A stretch of 64,000 bases of DNA from Armatimonadota bacterium. Its GTDB lineage: Bacteria > Sysuimicrobiota > Sysuimicrobiia > Sysuimicrobiales > Humicultoraceae. The translations under genes were made by a program, and so were the position numbers. The notes beneath the pieces were generated by a model. It was not told the DNA's origin and did no database searches. It saw nothing but the letters and a program-made list of their open reading frames with translations. The DNA lies in the NCBI GenBank assembly GCA_037443365.1, contig JBBIOM010000007.1, positions 1 through 64,000 on the forward strand, read 5' to 3'. This document shows positions 47,883 to 57,973 of the stretch, piece after piece (the first letter of the stretch is position 1; the number at the start of each line of letters is the position of its first letter).

Positions 47883-47983
47883 GGCGCGCCGCGGGGCCGC
47901 CTAGAAGCCTCGCTTCTTGGGTACAACTCCCTGTAGAGGGACCATCAGCAGGGCTGATCCCTGTTGCCGGAGGGGAGAGGCCG

Positions 47984-48301
47984 GTGTACCCAGACCTAGC
48001 GGCCGACGTTGCGCGGCTGCTCCTGGCATTGCTTGACGAGAAGGCCTGGTTCCGCCACGGCCTCAACGACGCCCGCCTTGCCGAACTAACGGGGATGTCG
48101 CCGCATCAGGTCGCCGGCGCCCGCGCGGAGGCGGAGGCCCTGGGGCTGGTCGAGAGGCAGGGTGCGGGCACCGACCGCGCGGTAACGATGCTCACGCCCA
48201 GGGGCGTCGCGAGGGCGCAGGCCCTGCGCCCTCGCGCTGAGGGACCTGGCAGCGAAGGAGGAGCAGGCGCCGAAGCAGGCGGCGAAGGCGCGCCCGATTG
48301 A
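47984..48301 (+). CDS. small winged-helix DNA-binding protein (MarR/DtxR N-domain-like)
   Basis: ARLAELTGMSPHQV...E..GLVER...LTPRG pattern; GGAGGGGAG RBS before GTG. Confidence 0.6.
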   Translation: MYPDLAADVARLLLALLDEKAWFRHGLNDARLAELTGMSPHQVAGARAEAEALGLVERQGAGTDRAVTMLTPRGVARAQALRPRAEGPGSEGGAGAEAGGEGAPD

Positions 48302-48327
48302 GACGCCCCAAGGCGCTGTGCTACAAT
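48298..48327 (+). promoter_or_regulatory. sigma70-type promoter of tRNA-His
   Basis: TTGAGA-18-(TGC)TACAAT. Confidence 0.65.
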
Positions 48328-48341
48328 CGGGGCTGACCCGT

Positions 48342-48420
48342 GGTGGCCGTAGCTCAGCCTGGTTAGAGCGCCTGGCTGTGGCCCAGGAGGGCGCGGGTTC
48401 GAATCCCGTCGGTCACCCCA
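48342..48420 (+). tRNA. tRNA-His(GTG) with encoded G-1
   Basis: G-GTGGCCG/CGGTCAC-C-CCA acceptor stem, CCTGG-CTGTGGC-CCAGG anticodon arm. Confidence 0.96.
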
Positions 48421-48445
48421 TGCCTGTGCATTGAGGTCAGAAACC

Positions 48446-48477
48446 GCGAGGGACGCGGATGATCCCGCGTCCCTCGC
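48446..48477. terminator. bidirectional terminator between tRNA-His and groEL
   Basis: 13-bp stem GCGAGGGACGCGG/CCGCGTCCCTCGC, followed by TTCTT on + and GTTTCT on -. Confidence 0.7.
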
Positions 48478-48509
48478 TTCTTCACCTGGCCGATCCAGGG
48501 AAGCCGCTT

Positions 48510-50141
<1,632 letters not shown>

Positions 50142-50165
50142 CTTGATCCTCCCAACGAAAGTGTG

Positions 50166-50192
50166 TTAGCACTCTCCACCGGAAAGTGCTAA
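50166..50192. promoter_or_regulatory. CIRCE element (HrcA operator)
   Basis: TTAGCACTC-N9-AAGTGCTAA, one mismatch from consensus, just upstream of the groEL RBS. Confidence 0.9.
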
Positions 50193-50352
50193 TCCAACTC
50201 CATATTGTTCAGGACCGGCAGCGTCAACGCAAGAATGGAGCCCGGGCCGTGCTGGTTGGTTTTCGGCCACTGGCTCGCAATATCTCAACGAAGTTCGCGA
50301 TTTCTCCGCCTTTCGCGCCTTTTCGCCGCCAGGGGCCGGCGTTGCCGCCGGC

Positions 50353-50361
50353 TGCTATACT
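50353..50361 (+). promoter_or_regulatory. extended -10 promoter of the DUF881 gene (probably leaderless)
   Basis: TGC-TATACT ending 6 nt before GTG 50368; no SD. Confidence 0.55.
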
Positions 50362-50367
50362 TAGGGC

Positions 50368-51108
50368 GTGTCGCGCGCTACCCGGCCTTTGCAGTCCGCC
50401 CGCTGGCTTCAGGGCGTAGTGGCGCTCTTCCTGCTGGCGGTCGGCTTCATGCTGGCGGCGCAGGTGCGGGCCCGGGAGCCCATTCGCCAGGCAGGAGCCC
50501 TGCCCTCATGGCGTCTCCCGGAGCTGGCCGTGCTCGTCCGGCAGCAGGAGGAGGCGCGGCGGCTGCTAGAGGCCGAGGTGGATGAACTCCGAAGGCGCTC
50601 ACGCGACTACGAGGCCGCGGTCATCGAAGGCCGGGGCCTCTCGCAGGCCATGGCCAGGGAGTTGACCCGCTACAGGCTTGCGCTGGGTCTGGTTCCGGTG
50701 GAAGGCCCTGGGGTCCGCGTGGTGGCCAGGGGTGGGGCTCCGGGGAAAGGCGGCATCGTGCCCGCGGGCGTCGAGGCGCAGGACCTGTCGGGCGTGGCAA
50801 ACGAGCTCTGGGCTGCGGGTGCCGAGGCCATGGCCATCAACGGCGTGCGCATCCTGGCCACCACAGGCATCCGGATGGATGAGGGCACCTTGCGCGTGGG
50901 TTCGGCGGCCGTCGCGCCTCCCTACACAATCGAAGCCATCGGTGATCCGGCCGCGCTGCAGGCAGCCTTGGCCATCCGCGGCGGGTTCGTGGAGGGACTG
51001 CGCTCGGTGGGGATTCACGTGACGGTCGCGGCCCAGGAGCGCCTGCGGATACCGGCCAGGGATGCCGTGGCGCCCCTGCGTCATGCCCGGCCCATGAGCG
51101 CCGACTGA
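50368..51108 (+). CDS. DUF881 family membrane-anchored coiled-coil protein
   Basis: GL.PVEGPGV.V, DL...NELWAAGAEAMAING.RI..T, PPY.IEAIGDP..L. Confidence 0.88.
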   Translation: MSRATRPLQSARWLQGVVALFLLAVGFMLAAQVRAREPIRQAGALPSWRLPELAVLVRQQEEARRLLEAEVDELRRRSRDYEAAVIEGRGLSQAMARELTRYRLALGLVPVEGPGVRVVARGGAPGKGGIVPAGVEAQDLSGVANELWAAGAEAMAINGVRILATTGIRMDEGTLRVGSAAVAPPYTIEAIGDPAALQAALAIRGGFVEGLRSVGIHVTVAAQERLRIPARDAVAPLRHARPMSAD

Positions 51109-51115
51109 TACCCCC

Positions 51116-51287
51116 AAACGGCGGCGCGGCCGCCGCCAGGTGAGCAGGGGGTTGCCCCTTCTCCTCCGGCCGGCACGGCCGCACCGTTGCCCCCGTCCTC
51201 AGAGATGCGGACCGCGCTTGGGTCAGGGGCGCTAGGCGCGTTCTTGATACGCCCCGGCCTTGCGATCCCTTCCTCTTTCGAGGCGGG
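51116..51287 (-). ncRNA. candidate orphan structured non-coding RNA (~170 nt)
   Basis: own TTGACG-17-TATAAT promoter, several stems including CCTC-GAAA-GAGG, terminator-like 7-bp hairpin at the end; no gene to lead. Confidence 0.55.
51120..51137. terminator. 7-bp GC hairpin ending the candidate RNA and/or the DUF881 mRNA
   Basis: GGCGGCG-CGGC-CGCCGCC; followed by GTTT on the minus strand. Confidence 0.5.
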
Positions 51288-51292
51288 GCCTC

Positions 51293-51321
51293 ATTATATG
51301 CATGCCCTCCCGGGCCGTCAA
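51293..51321 (-). promoter_or_regulatory. near-consensus sigma70 promoter with no downstream CDS
   Basis: TTGACG (51321-51316), 17-nt spacer, TATAAT (51298-51293). Confidence 0.8.
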
Positions 51322-52500
51322 TCAGTCTCGCCCGTGCCTCTCGACCGCCAGCGCCACCGCCTCACCGCCGGCCAGGCAGGCCGCGGCCACGCCGCGCCGG
51401 CCCTCGCGGGCGGGCATCGCATGCAGGAGCGTGGTCAGGATGCGCGCGCCGCTGGCGCCTATGGGGTGCCCCATTGCCACGGCTCCACCCCGGATGTTGA
51501 CGCGATCGGAGCCGATCCCGAGCTCCCGGCTTGCGGCGATCACCACCGCCGAGAACGCCTCGTTGATCTCGTAGAGGTCTACATCCTGTGCGGCCCATCC
51601 CGTCTTGGCAAGCAAGCGCCGGATCGCCTCGGCGGGCGCGATCGTGAACCACTCGGGCGCCATCGCCGCGGTGGCACCGCCGGCGATCCGGGCCAGCGGC
51701 GCCAGCCCCATGCGTCGGCTGGCCTCGCTCGAGGCCAGCACCACGGCCGCGGCGCCGTCGCTGATCGAACTCGCGTTGGCCGCGGTCACGGTGCCGTCTT
51801 CCTTGAAGGCGGGCTTCAACGCCGGTATCTTGGCGTAGTTCACTCGACGCGGCTCCTCGTCCTCGGTTACCACCGGGGCGCCGCCCCCGGGCTCGACCGG
51901 CAGAACCTCGGAGCCGAACTCGCCCGCGTCCATCGCGGCGATCGCCCGGCGGTAGCTCTGTGCGGCGAACGCGTCCTGCTCCTCCCTCGTGATCCCGCGT
52001 GTGCGGGCCAGCAGCTCGGCGCAGTTGCCCATGTGCCCGTGGCCGTAGGCGTCGTGCAGCCCGTCACGCAGGATGACGTCCACAAGAGCGCCGTCGCCGA
52101 GCCGGTACCCGGTGCGCGCCCGCTCGGCCAGATACGGGGCCGCGCTCATGTTCTCCATACCGCCGGCGACCACGACCTCGGCCTCCCCGGTCTGGATCGC
52201 CTGGCAGCCGAGCATCACGGCCTTGAGTCCCGACCCGCACATCTTGTTGACCAGCGTGGCCGGAACCGAGTCAGGCAAGCCGGCCGCCAGCGCTGCCTGG
52301 CGCGCCGGGGCCTGGCCCAGGCCCGCGCTCAGCACGTTGCCCATGATCACCTCGTCCACCGAGCCAGCCGGAACACCGGCGCGGCGCACGGCCTCGGCCA
52401 CCACGAGGCCGCCCAGCCTCGTGGCCGGGATCGCCGACAGGCCGCCCATGAACCGTCCGATCGGAGTCCGCACCGCGCTCAGGATCACCACTTCAGCCAT
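51322..52500 (-). CDS. acetyl-CoA C-acetyltransferase (thiolase)
   Basis: RTPIG, NKMCGSGL (Cys), NEAF, GHPIGASGARI, CLAGGEA; GGAGG RBS. Confidence 0.95.
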   Translation of the reverse strand: MAEVVILSAVRTPIGRFMGGLSAIPATRLGGLVVAEAVRRAGVPAGSVDEVIMGNVLSAGLGQAPARQAALAAGLPDSVPATLVNKMCGSGLKAVMLGCQAIQTGEAEVVVAGGMENMSAAPYLAERARTGYRLGDGALVDVILRDGLHDAYGHGHMGNCAELLARTRGITREEQDAFAAQSYRRAIAAMDAGEFGSEVLPVEPGGGAPVVTEDEEPRRVNYAKIPALKPAFKEDGTVTAANASSISDGAAAVVLASSEASRRMGLAPLARIAGGATAAMAPEWFTIAPAEAIRRLLAKTGWAAQDVDLYEINEAFSAVVIAASRELGIGSDRVNIRGGAVAMGHPIGASGARILTTLLHAMPAREGRRGVAAACLAGGEAVALAVERHGRD

Positions 52501-52567
52501 GCCGCACCTCCGCTCGATGTCCCCCACCCAGTCTACCGTGAGCACCGCGGCCCGCAAGGTGGGTTCT

Positions 52568-52597
52568 TTGACACCCCGTCTGGGGCTGATGTATAAT
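52568..52597 (+). promoter_or_regulatory. consensus sigma70 promoter of rpsU-yqeY
   Basis: TTGACA-18-TATAAT. Confidence 0.85.
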
Positions 52598-52730
52598 ACG
52601 CCCGTCACAAGACCTGCCACGGTCGTTGAGGCGGCGGTCGGAAGCGGCGGCCGCGTCGGTTCTGGAGGGCAGGTTCCTCAAGCGCAGGGTGGAGGAGCCT
52701 GCTTCCTGTCTGTCTGAGGGGTGATGCGCG

Positions 52731-52907
52731 ATGGCGGAGATACGCGTGGGCAAGGACGAGAGCCTGGATGCCGCGCTGCGTCGTTTCAAGCGGCAGGTGA
52801 AGCGGTCCGGGATCCTCACCGACGCCAAGCGTCACGAGCACTACGAGACCCCGGCCCAGAAGCGGCGCCGCAAGATCGCGCGCAGCGCGAAGCGGCGGCG
52901 CCGATAG
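52731..52907 (+). CDS. rpsU: 30S ribosomal protein bS21 (58 aa, absent from the ORF track)
   Basis: MAEIRVGKDESLDAALRRFKRQVKRSGILTDAKRHEHYETPAQKRRRKIARSAKRRRR; upstream of yqeY. Confidence 0.95.
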   Translation: MAEIRVGKDESLDAALRRFKRQVKRSGILTDAKRHEHYETPAQKRRRKIARSAKRRRR

Positions 52908-52925
52908 GCGAGGCAGCCGCGCGGC

Positions 52926-53384
52926 ATGGAGGCGCCGGGGGCGATTCAGCACCGCCTGGAGGAGGATCTGAAGGCGGCGCTGCGCGCCAGGGACACGCTG
53001 CGCACCTCCACGATCCGCCTGGCGCGGGCCGCCCTCAAGAACGCCGAGATCGAGCGCCGTCGGCCCCTCAATGAGGCCGAGGTAATCGAGGTCCTCCGGC
53101 GCGAGGTGCGACGCCGGCGCGAGGCGATCGAGGCCTTCACGAGGGGCGGGCGCGACGACCTCGTCGAGAAGGAGCAGCTGGAGATGGCCGTCCTGCTGGG
53201 GTACCTGCCGGCGCAGCTCGAGGAAGCCGAGATCCACCGGATCGTGGCCGAAGTGGTCGCGGAGGTGGGCGCGACCGGCGGCGGGGAGTTCGGGCGCGTT
53301 ATGGGTCCGGTGATGCGCCGCGTTGCCGGGCGGGCAGATGGCAGGACCGTGGAGCGCATCGTACGCGAGGCGTTGGGGTGCTAG
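52926..53384 (+). CDS. GatB/YqeY domain protein
   Basis: DLKAALRARD, RREAIEAF..GGR.DL.EKE, YLPAQL, GRVMG...GRADG. Confidence 0.92.
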   Translation: MEAPGAIQHRLEEDLKAALRARDTLRTSTIRLARAALKNAEIERRRPLNEAEVIEVLRREVRRRREAIEAFTRGGRDDLVEKEQLEMAVLLGYLPAQLEEAEIHRIVAEVVAEVGATGGGEFGRVMGPVMRRVAGRADGRTVERIVREALGC

Positions 53385-53409
53385 GCGGGTCTTTGGGCGA
53401 AAGCGCGTG

Positions 53410-53439
53410 AGCCCGGGGCGGTCCCCGGGCTTTCGTGTT
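53410..53439 (+). terminator. intrinsic terminator after rpsU-yqeY
   Basis: AGCCCGGGG-CGGT-CCCCGGGCT-TTCGTGTT. Confidence 0.7.
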
Positions 53440-53476
53440 GGCGGCCGACGCGGCCGGAAGGGGTGATCCGCGGGCA

Positions 53477-53959
53477 ATGACTGCGCCGTCGAGACGGAGG
53501 AGACCGACCAAGCGCGCCCAGAGCGCGGGCGGCGTGGTCTACGAGCGCCAGGGCGGAGCAGTGCGCATACTGATCCTTCAGCACGAGGCCGGCAAGTGGA
53601 TGCTGCCGAAAGGCACGATTGAGCCCGGGGAAGCGGCCGAGGCCGTGGCGCTGCGAGAGGTGCACGAAGAGGCGGGTCTCTCGAACGTGCGCGTGGTGGG
53701 AGACCTGGGACAGGAGCGGTACTCGTTCTACTGGCGTACGGAAGGAGCGTTCTACGACAAGACCGTGCACTACTTCCTCCTGGAGTTCCTGGGCGGGCAG
53801 GAGACCAGGCCCCAACGCGAGGAAGGATTCGTCGCGGCGGAGTGGGTGTCGTTTGACGAGGCGCTGGCGCGGATCAAGTACAAGGAGACACGCGAGATAG
53901 TCCGCCGGGCGCAGATCGCGTTGGAAAGCCGCTTTGCGGCCGGGGAGGCAGAGGGATGA
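53477..53959 (+). CDS. NUDIX hydrolase (Ap4A hydrolase-like)
   Basis: SAGGVV, WMLPKGTIEPGE...VALREVHEEAGL Nudix box, KTVHYFL. Confidence 0.9.
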   Translation: MTAPSRRRRPTKRAQSAGGVVYERQGGAVRILILQHEAGKWMLPKGTIEPGEAAEAVALREVHEEAGLSNVRVVGDLGQERYSFYWRTEGAFYDKTVHYFLLEFLGGQETRPQREEGFVAAEWVSFDEALARIKYKETREIVRRAQIALESRFAAGEAEG

Positions 53960-55233
53960 GCAGCGAGACGGACGAGCGCGTGCGGCGTGTGCTGCAGCAG
54001 TACTCAGACCACCTGAACCCCTCGTGGGTTCGCGGGTACAAGTTCCTGGGTGTGGAGACGCTGGAGACGGAGGCCGAGGGCGCGATCATACGGGACGCCT
54101 ACGGCCGCGAGTACCTGGACTTCGCCTGTGGCCCCGCCGTATTCATCGTGGGGCACCGTCACCCCAGGGTTGTTGAGGCCGCACGGCGCGAGCTCGACCG
54201 GATGCCGCTCTCGGTCAGGATCATGCCTAACGAACCGATGGGCCGGCTGGCCGAGCTCCTGGCCGAGATCACACCGGGCGATCTCCAGTACGTGTTCCTC
54301 TGCAACAGCGGCGCCGAGGCGAACGAGGGCGCGATCAAGCTGGCGCGCGCCGCGACCGGGCGCCCTGAGATCATCGCGACGATAGGCGCGTTCCACGGCA
54401 AGACGCTGGGCGCCCTCTCGATCTCAGGACGCGAGCTGTACCGCAAGCCGTTCGAGCCCCTGATCCCCGGCGTCACACATGTGCCGTTCGGGGATGCCGG
54501 GGCCGTCGCCGACAGGATAACCCCTCAGACCGGCGCCGTGATCGTGGAGCCGATCCAGGGCGAGAACGGCGTCGTGGTCCCTCCCGACGGCTACCTCCGC
54601 GCGCTGCGCGGCGTCTGCGACCGCTCTGGCGCCCTGCTGATCTTCGACGAGGTGCAGACAGGCCTGGGCCGCACCGGGAGGATGTGGGCGTGTGAGCACG
54701 AGGGCGTGGTTCCCGATATCCTCACCTCGTCCAAGGGCCTGGGTGGTGGCATCGCGCCCGTCGGCGCCTTCATCGCCCGTCCCCACCTGTGGGAGGCCAT
54801 GACCAGGCATCCATACATGCACACAACGACCTTCGGCAACCGCCTGGGGTGGGCGGCGTCCGCGGCCACCATACGCGTCATCCAGGAAGAGGGGCTGCTG
54901 GCGCGCGCCACGGTGATAGGGGATCGCCTCATGGCGGGGCTGAGGCGGGCCGCCGCGTCTGTGCCCGGGATGGTCACGGGTGTGCGCGGCCGCGGCTGCC
55001 TGGTGGGCGCGGAGTTCGCCGACGCCGACGTGGCGTTTCTGGTCCTGGCGGGGATGGTGCAGCGGCAGGTGCTGGCCTTCCACGGGATCAACCGCGGCGA
55101 GGTCATCAGGTTCGCTCCGCCCCTGATCGCCACCGACGCGCAGGTGGACCGCGCCGTGGAGGTGTTCGGCGAAGCCATGGGTGAAGCGGAGGCGCTGCTC
55201 GCCGAGCTGCGCGCCTCCTCCGACGCGTCATAG
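53956..55233 (+). CDS. class III PLP aminotransferase (putrescine/acetylornithine aminotransferase-like)
   Basis: NSGAEANE, FHGKTLGALS, EPIQGE, FDEVQTGLGRTG, SSKGLGGG, HTTTFG. Confidence 0.9.
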   Translation: MSSETDERVRRVLQQYSDHLNPSWVRGYKFLGVETLETEAEGAIIRDAYGREYLDFACGPAVFIVGHRHPRVVEAARRELDRMPLSVRIMPNEPMGRLAELLAEITPGDLQYVFLCNSGAEANEGAIKLARAATGRPEIIATIGAFHGKTLGALSISGRELYRKPFEPLIPGVTHVPFGDAGAVADRITPQTGAVIVEPIQGENGVVVPPDGYLRALRGVCDRSGALLIFDEVQTGLGRTGRMWACEHEGVVPDILTSSKGLGGGIAPVGAFIARPHLWEAMTRHPYMHTTTFGNRLGWAASAATIRVIQEEGLLARATVIGDRLMAGLRRAAASVPGMVTGVRGRGCLVGAEFADADVAFLVLAGMVQRQVLAFHGINRGEVIRFAPPLIATDAQVDRAVEVFGEAMGEAEALLAELRASSDAS

Positions 55234-55267
55234 GCCGCACCCGAAGCGGGCGACAGCGTGAGCCGTG

Positions 55268-55296
55268 TTGTGGACGGGTCCATGATATGCTAGTGT
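55268..55296 (+). promoter_or_regulatory. putative promoter of the ABC transporter operon
   Basis: TTGTGG-17-(TGC)TAGTGT. Confidence 0.4.
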
Positions 55297-55371
55297 CTCA
55301 ATGAGCCGGATGGGACAGAGGACGAAGCAGGTGGATCAGAAACAGGAGGAACAGAAGGAGGGAACGCCATC

Positions 55372-56928
55372 GTGAGGTACCTTCCCGGGCGCGCAGTTGC
55401 GCTTGCAGTTGTTCTGGCCCTTGTTCTAATCCCGCTGATGCCCACCGCGGCGCAGCAGCCACGGCGTGGCGGCGCGCTGCGAATCGCGCACATCGGTGAG
55501 CCGCCGACGCTGGATCAGCACTGGACCACCGCGGCGATCACCGGCCACATCATGTACCACGTCAACGAGGGCCTGTTCGCGGTCAACCGCAAGTTCGAGC
55601 CCAAGCCGGTGCTGGTGGACAAGTGGACGCTCTCCCCAGACCGGATGACCTACACGTTCACCCTGCGCAAGGGGGTGAAGTTCCACAACGGCAAGGAGAT
55701 GACCAGCGAGGACGTCAAGGCGTCGCTCGAGCGGTGGGGACGCATCGCGACACGGGGCAGGGGGCTGTTCGCCAACGTGGTGTCGGTCTCGAATCCCGAC
55801 GCCCTGACCGTGGTGATGAAACTGCGGGAACCGTACGCGCTGCTGCCGCTGGATCTGGGCTGGGTCGGACAGTCCGCGGTCATCTTCCCCAAGGAAGTGA
55901 TCGACGAGGCCGGCACAGGCATGGTCAAGCGGTTCATCAGCACCGGCCCGTACAGGTTCGTTGAGCACCTCCCCGACCGCCACATCCGGCTTGATCGGTT
56001 TGAGGGCTACGCGGCCCGCACCGAGGATCCAGACGGCGCGACAGGCCGCAAGCACGCCTACTTCGACTCGATCTACATCATCCCGGTGCCGGATGCCGCT
56101 GTTAGAATCGCGGGCGTCAAGCGTGGCGAGTTCCACTTCGCCGAGACGATTCCGCCCGACGAGTACGACCGCCTTCGCACCGATCCCGACCTCGTGCCCT
56201 TCATTACCGAGACGGCGAGCTGGCTCACCGCGGTCTTCAACAACAGGTCCCCGCTGATGGGCAACCGCAAGATCCGCCAGGCCTTCCAGGCCGCGCTGGA
56301 TCAAGAAGCCGTCATGCGCGCCGCCTATGGCAACCCGCGCTTCTGGCGGATAGACCCCGGGCTGATGCCCAAGGAGCACTATCTCTGGACGGATGCCGGC
56401 AAGGAGTTCGTCAACCAGAAGAACCCCGAACGCGCGCGCCAGTTGCTGGCGGAGGCCGGGTACAAGGGCGAGCCCATTCGCTGGATAACGACGATGGAGT
56501 ACGTTGCCTACGGGACCGCGGCCCAGGTGGTCAAGCCGATGCTCGAGCGCGCAGGATTCGTCGTGGACCTCCAGGTTGTTGACTGGGCCACGCTCGTGGC
56601 GCGCCGCGCCCGGCCCGAACTCTGGGACGTGTTCAGCACGGCCTTCAGCTTCGTGGCCGACCCGGTGCTGTTGTTGTCGCTTCAGCCCACGTGGCCGGGC
56701 TGGTACGACAACCGTGACATGAACGCGATGATGACCCTGATGCGGCGGCACTCCGATCCGAAGGTCCGCCACGATCTCTGGAAGCGAATGCAGAAGCTCT
56801 GGTACGAGGACGCCGGCACCATCAAGTTCGGCGACTACTTCGTGCTGCACCTCTTCAGGAAGGAACTCAAGGGCTACGTGAACATACCGACGCACGTCTG
56901 GTGGAACTCGTGGCTCGATGCGCGCTAG
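55372..56928 (+). CDS. peptide/nickel ABC transporter substrate-binding protein (family 5)
   Basis: signal peptide; RRGG.LR, YTFTLRKGVKFHNG, TGPYRF, RARQLLAEAGY. Confidence 0.92.
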   Translation: MRYLPGRAVALAVVLALVLIPLMPTAAQQPRRGGALRIAHIGEPPTLDQHWTTAAITGHIMYHVNEGLFAVNRKFEPKPVLVDKWTLSPDRMTYTFTLRKGVKFHNGKEMTSEDVKASLERWGRIATRGRGLFANVVSVSNPDALTVVMKLREPYALLPLDLGWVGQSAVIFPKEVIDEAGTGMVKRFISTGPYRFVEHLPDRHIRLDRFEGYAARTEDPDGATGRKHAYFDSIYIIPVPDAAVRIAGVKRGEFHFAETIPPDEYDRLRTDPDLVPFITETASWLTAVFNNRSPLMGNRKIRQAFQAALDQEAVMRAAYGNPRFWRIDPGLMPKEHYLWTDAGKEFVNQKNPERARQLLAEAGYKGEPIRWITTMEYVAYGTAAQVVKPMLERAGFVVDLQVVDWATLVARRARPELWDVFSTAFSFVADPVLLLSLQPTWPGWYDNRDMNAMMTLMRRHSDPKVRHDLWKRMQKLWYEDAGTIKFGDYFVLHLFRKELKGYVNIPTHVWWNSWLDAR

Positions 56929-56945
56929 CGTGGAGACGGGTCGTG

Positions 56946-56975
56946 CGATGGAGGGGGCCATAGCCCCCTCCATCG
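56946..56975 (+). promoter_or_regulatory. intercistronic stem-loop after the binding-protein gene
   Basis: perfect 13-bp stem CGATGGAGGGGGC-CATA-GCCCCCTCCATCG with no U-tract. Confidence 0.65.
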
Positions 56976-57021
56976 GGAACGCGCAGGCCTCGCGGGCCTC
57001 GGACAGGACTCCGAGTCAACC

Positions 57022-57966
57022 ATGAGCGGATACATCGTCCGCCGGCTGATCGCCCTTCTGCCGGTGTTGCTGATAGTCGCAACCGTGGGGTTCTTCCTCA
57101 TCTACCTGACGCCGGGCGACCCGGCGTCGGTCATGCTGGGTCCCGACGCCACCACCGAGGACGTGGAGAACCTCAGGCACCTGATGGGATTGGACAGGCC
57201 CCTCATCGTCCAGATCCTCCGGTGGTACGGCCGCACACTGCGGGGGGATCTGGGCTACTCGATCTTCCTGCAACGCCCGGTGGTCCAGGCGATATTCGAG
57301 CGGCTGCAGCCCACCGTGATGCTGACGCTCATGTCCCTCATCGTGGCGGTGCTCATCGGGATTCCTACCGGCGTCGTCGCCGCGGTGCGGCGCAACACCT
57401 GGGTGGACCAGGCCGCGATGGGCGTGGCGCTGCTGGGCGTGTCGATGCCCAGCTTCTGGTTCGGCCTGAACCTCATTCTGGTCTTCTCGGTGTACCTGGG
57501 GCTCTTCCCGGTGGCGGGGTACGTGCCCCTGGCCGAGTCGGTCTCCGGCGCCTTTCGGTCGTTGGTCCTGCCCGCCGTGACGCTGGGCTTCGGCGCCTCG
57601 GCGCTGATTGCGCGCATGACGCGGTCGAGCATGCTCGAGGTGCTGGGACAGGACTACATCCGGACGGCCCGGGCCAAGGGGAACCTGGAGCGGATAGTCG
57701 TCTATCACCACGCGCTCCGCAACGCCATGATCCCCACGCTGACAGTGGTGGGCCTGGCGATGGGCGGTCTTCTCGCCGGCGCCATAGTGACCGAGACGGT
57801 CTTCGCCCTGCCGGGCGTGGGGCGCCTGGTAATCTCGTCCGTGATGAGGCGCGACTACCCCGTCGTCCAGGGGGTGTTGATGTTCGTTGCGGGATCGTAC
57901 GTGTTCGTGAACCTGTTGATTGACGTGCTCTACGTATACCTAGATCCGCGGATCAAGTACGCGTGA
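57022..57966 (+). CDS. peptide ABC transporter permease (DppB/OppB-like)
   Basis: PGDPA, GDLGYS, DYIRTARAKG, HALRNA, RDYPVVQG, LDPRI. Confidence 0.93.
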   Translation: MSGYIVRRLIALLPVLLIVATVGFFLIYLTPGDPASVMLGPDATTEDVENLRHLMGLDRPLIVQILRWYGRTLRGDLGYSIFLQRPVVQAIFERLQPTVMLTLMSLIVAVLIGIPTGVVAAVRRNTWVDQAAMGVALLGVSMPSFWFGLNLILVFSVYLGLFPVAGYVPLAESVSGAFRSLVLPAVTLGFGASALIARMTRSSMLEVLGQDYIRTARAKGNLERIVVYHHALRNAMIPTLTVVGLAMGGLLAGAIVTETVFALPGVGRLVISSVMRRDYPVVQGVLMFVAGSYVFVNLLIDVLYVYLDPRIKYA

Positions 57967-57973
57967 GGTCGGC

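Noticed and set aside
50195-50230. Precise groEL promoter call (TTGACG at 50227-50222, minus strand)
   Set aside because: A good -35 is present but no convincing -10 at 16-18 nt spacing, so it is not listed as a feature.
51215-51290. c-di-GMP-I riboswitch resemblance (GAAA hairpin, GGGA.CGCAA.GCC, UAGCG...UGACC) on the minus strand
   Set aside because: The conserved 5' GGCAAA/GGUAAA and the tetraloop receptor are absent, and there is no downstream same-strand gene to regulate. Kept only as an unclassified RNA candidate.
51232-51294. 20-aa ORF MRPRLERGRDRKAGAYQERA on the minus strand
   Set aside because: Its ATG overlaps the -10 box, so it cannot be made from that promoter; no coding support, though thiolase read-through cannot be excluded.
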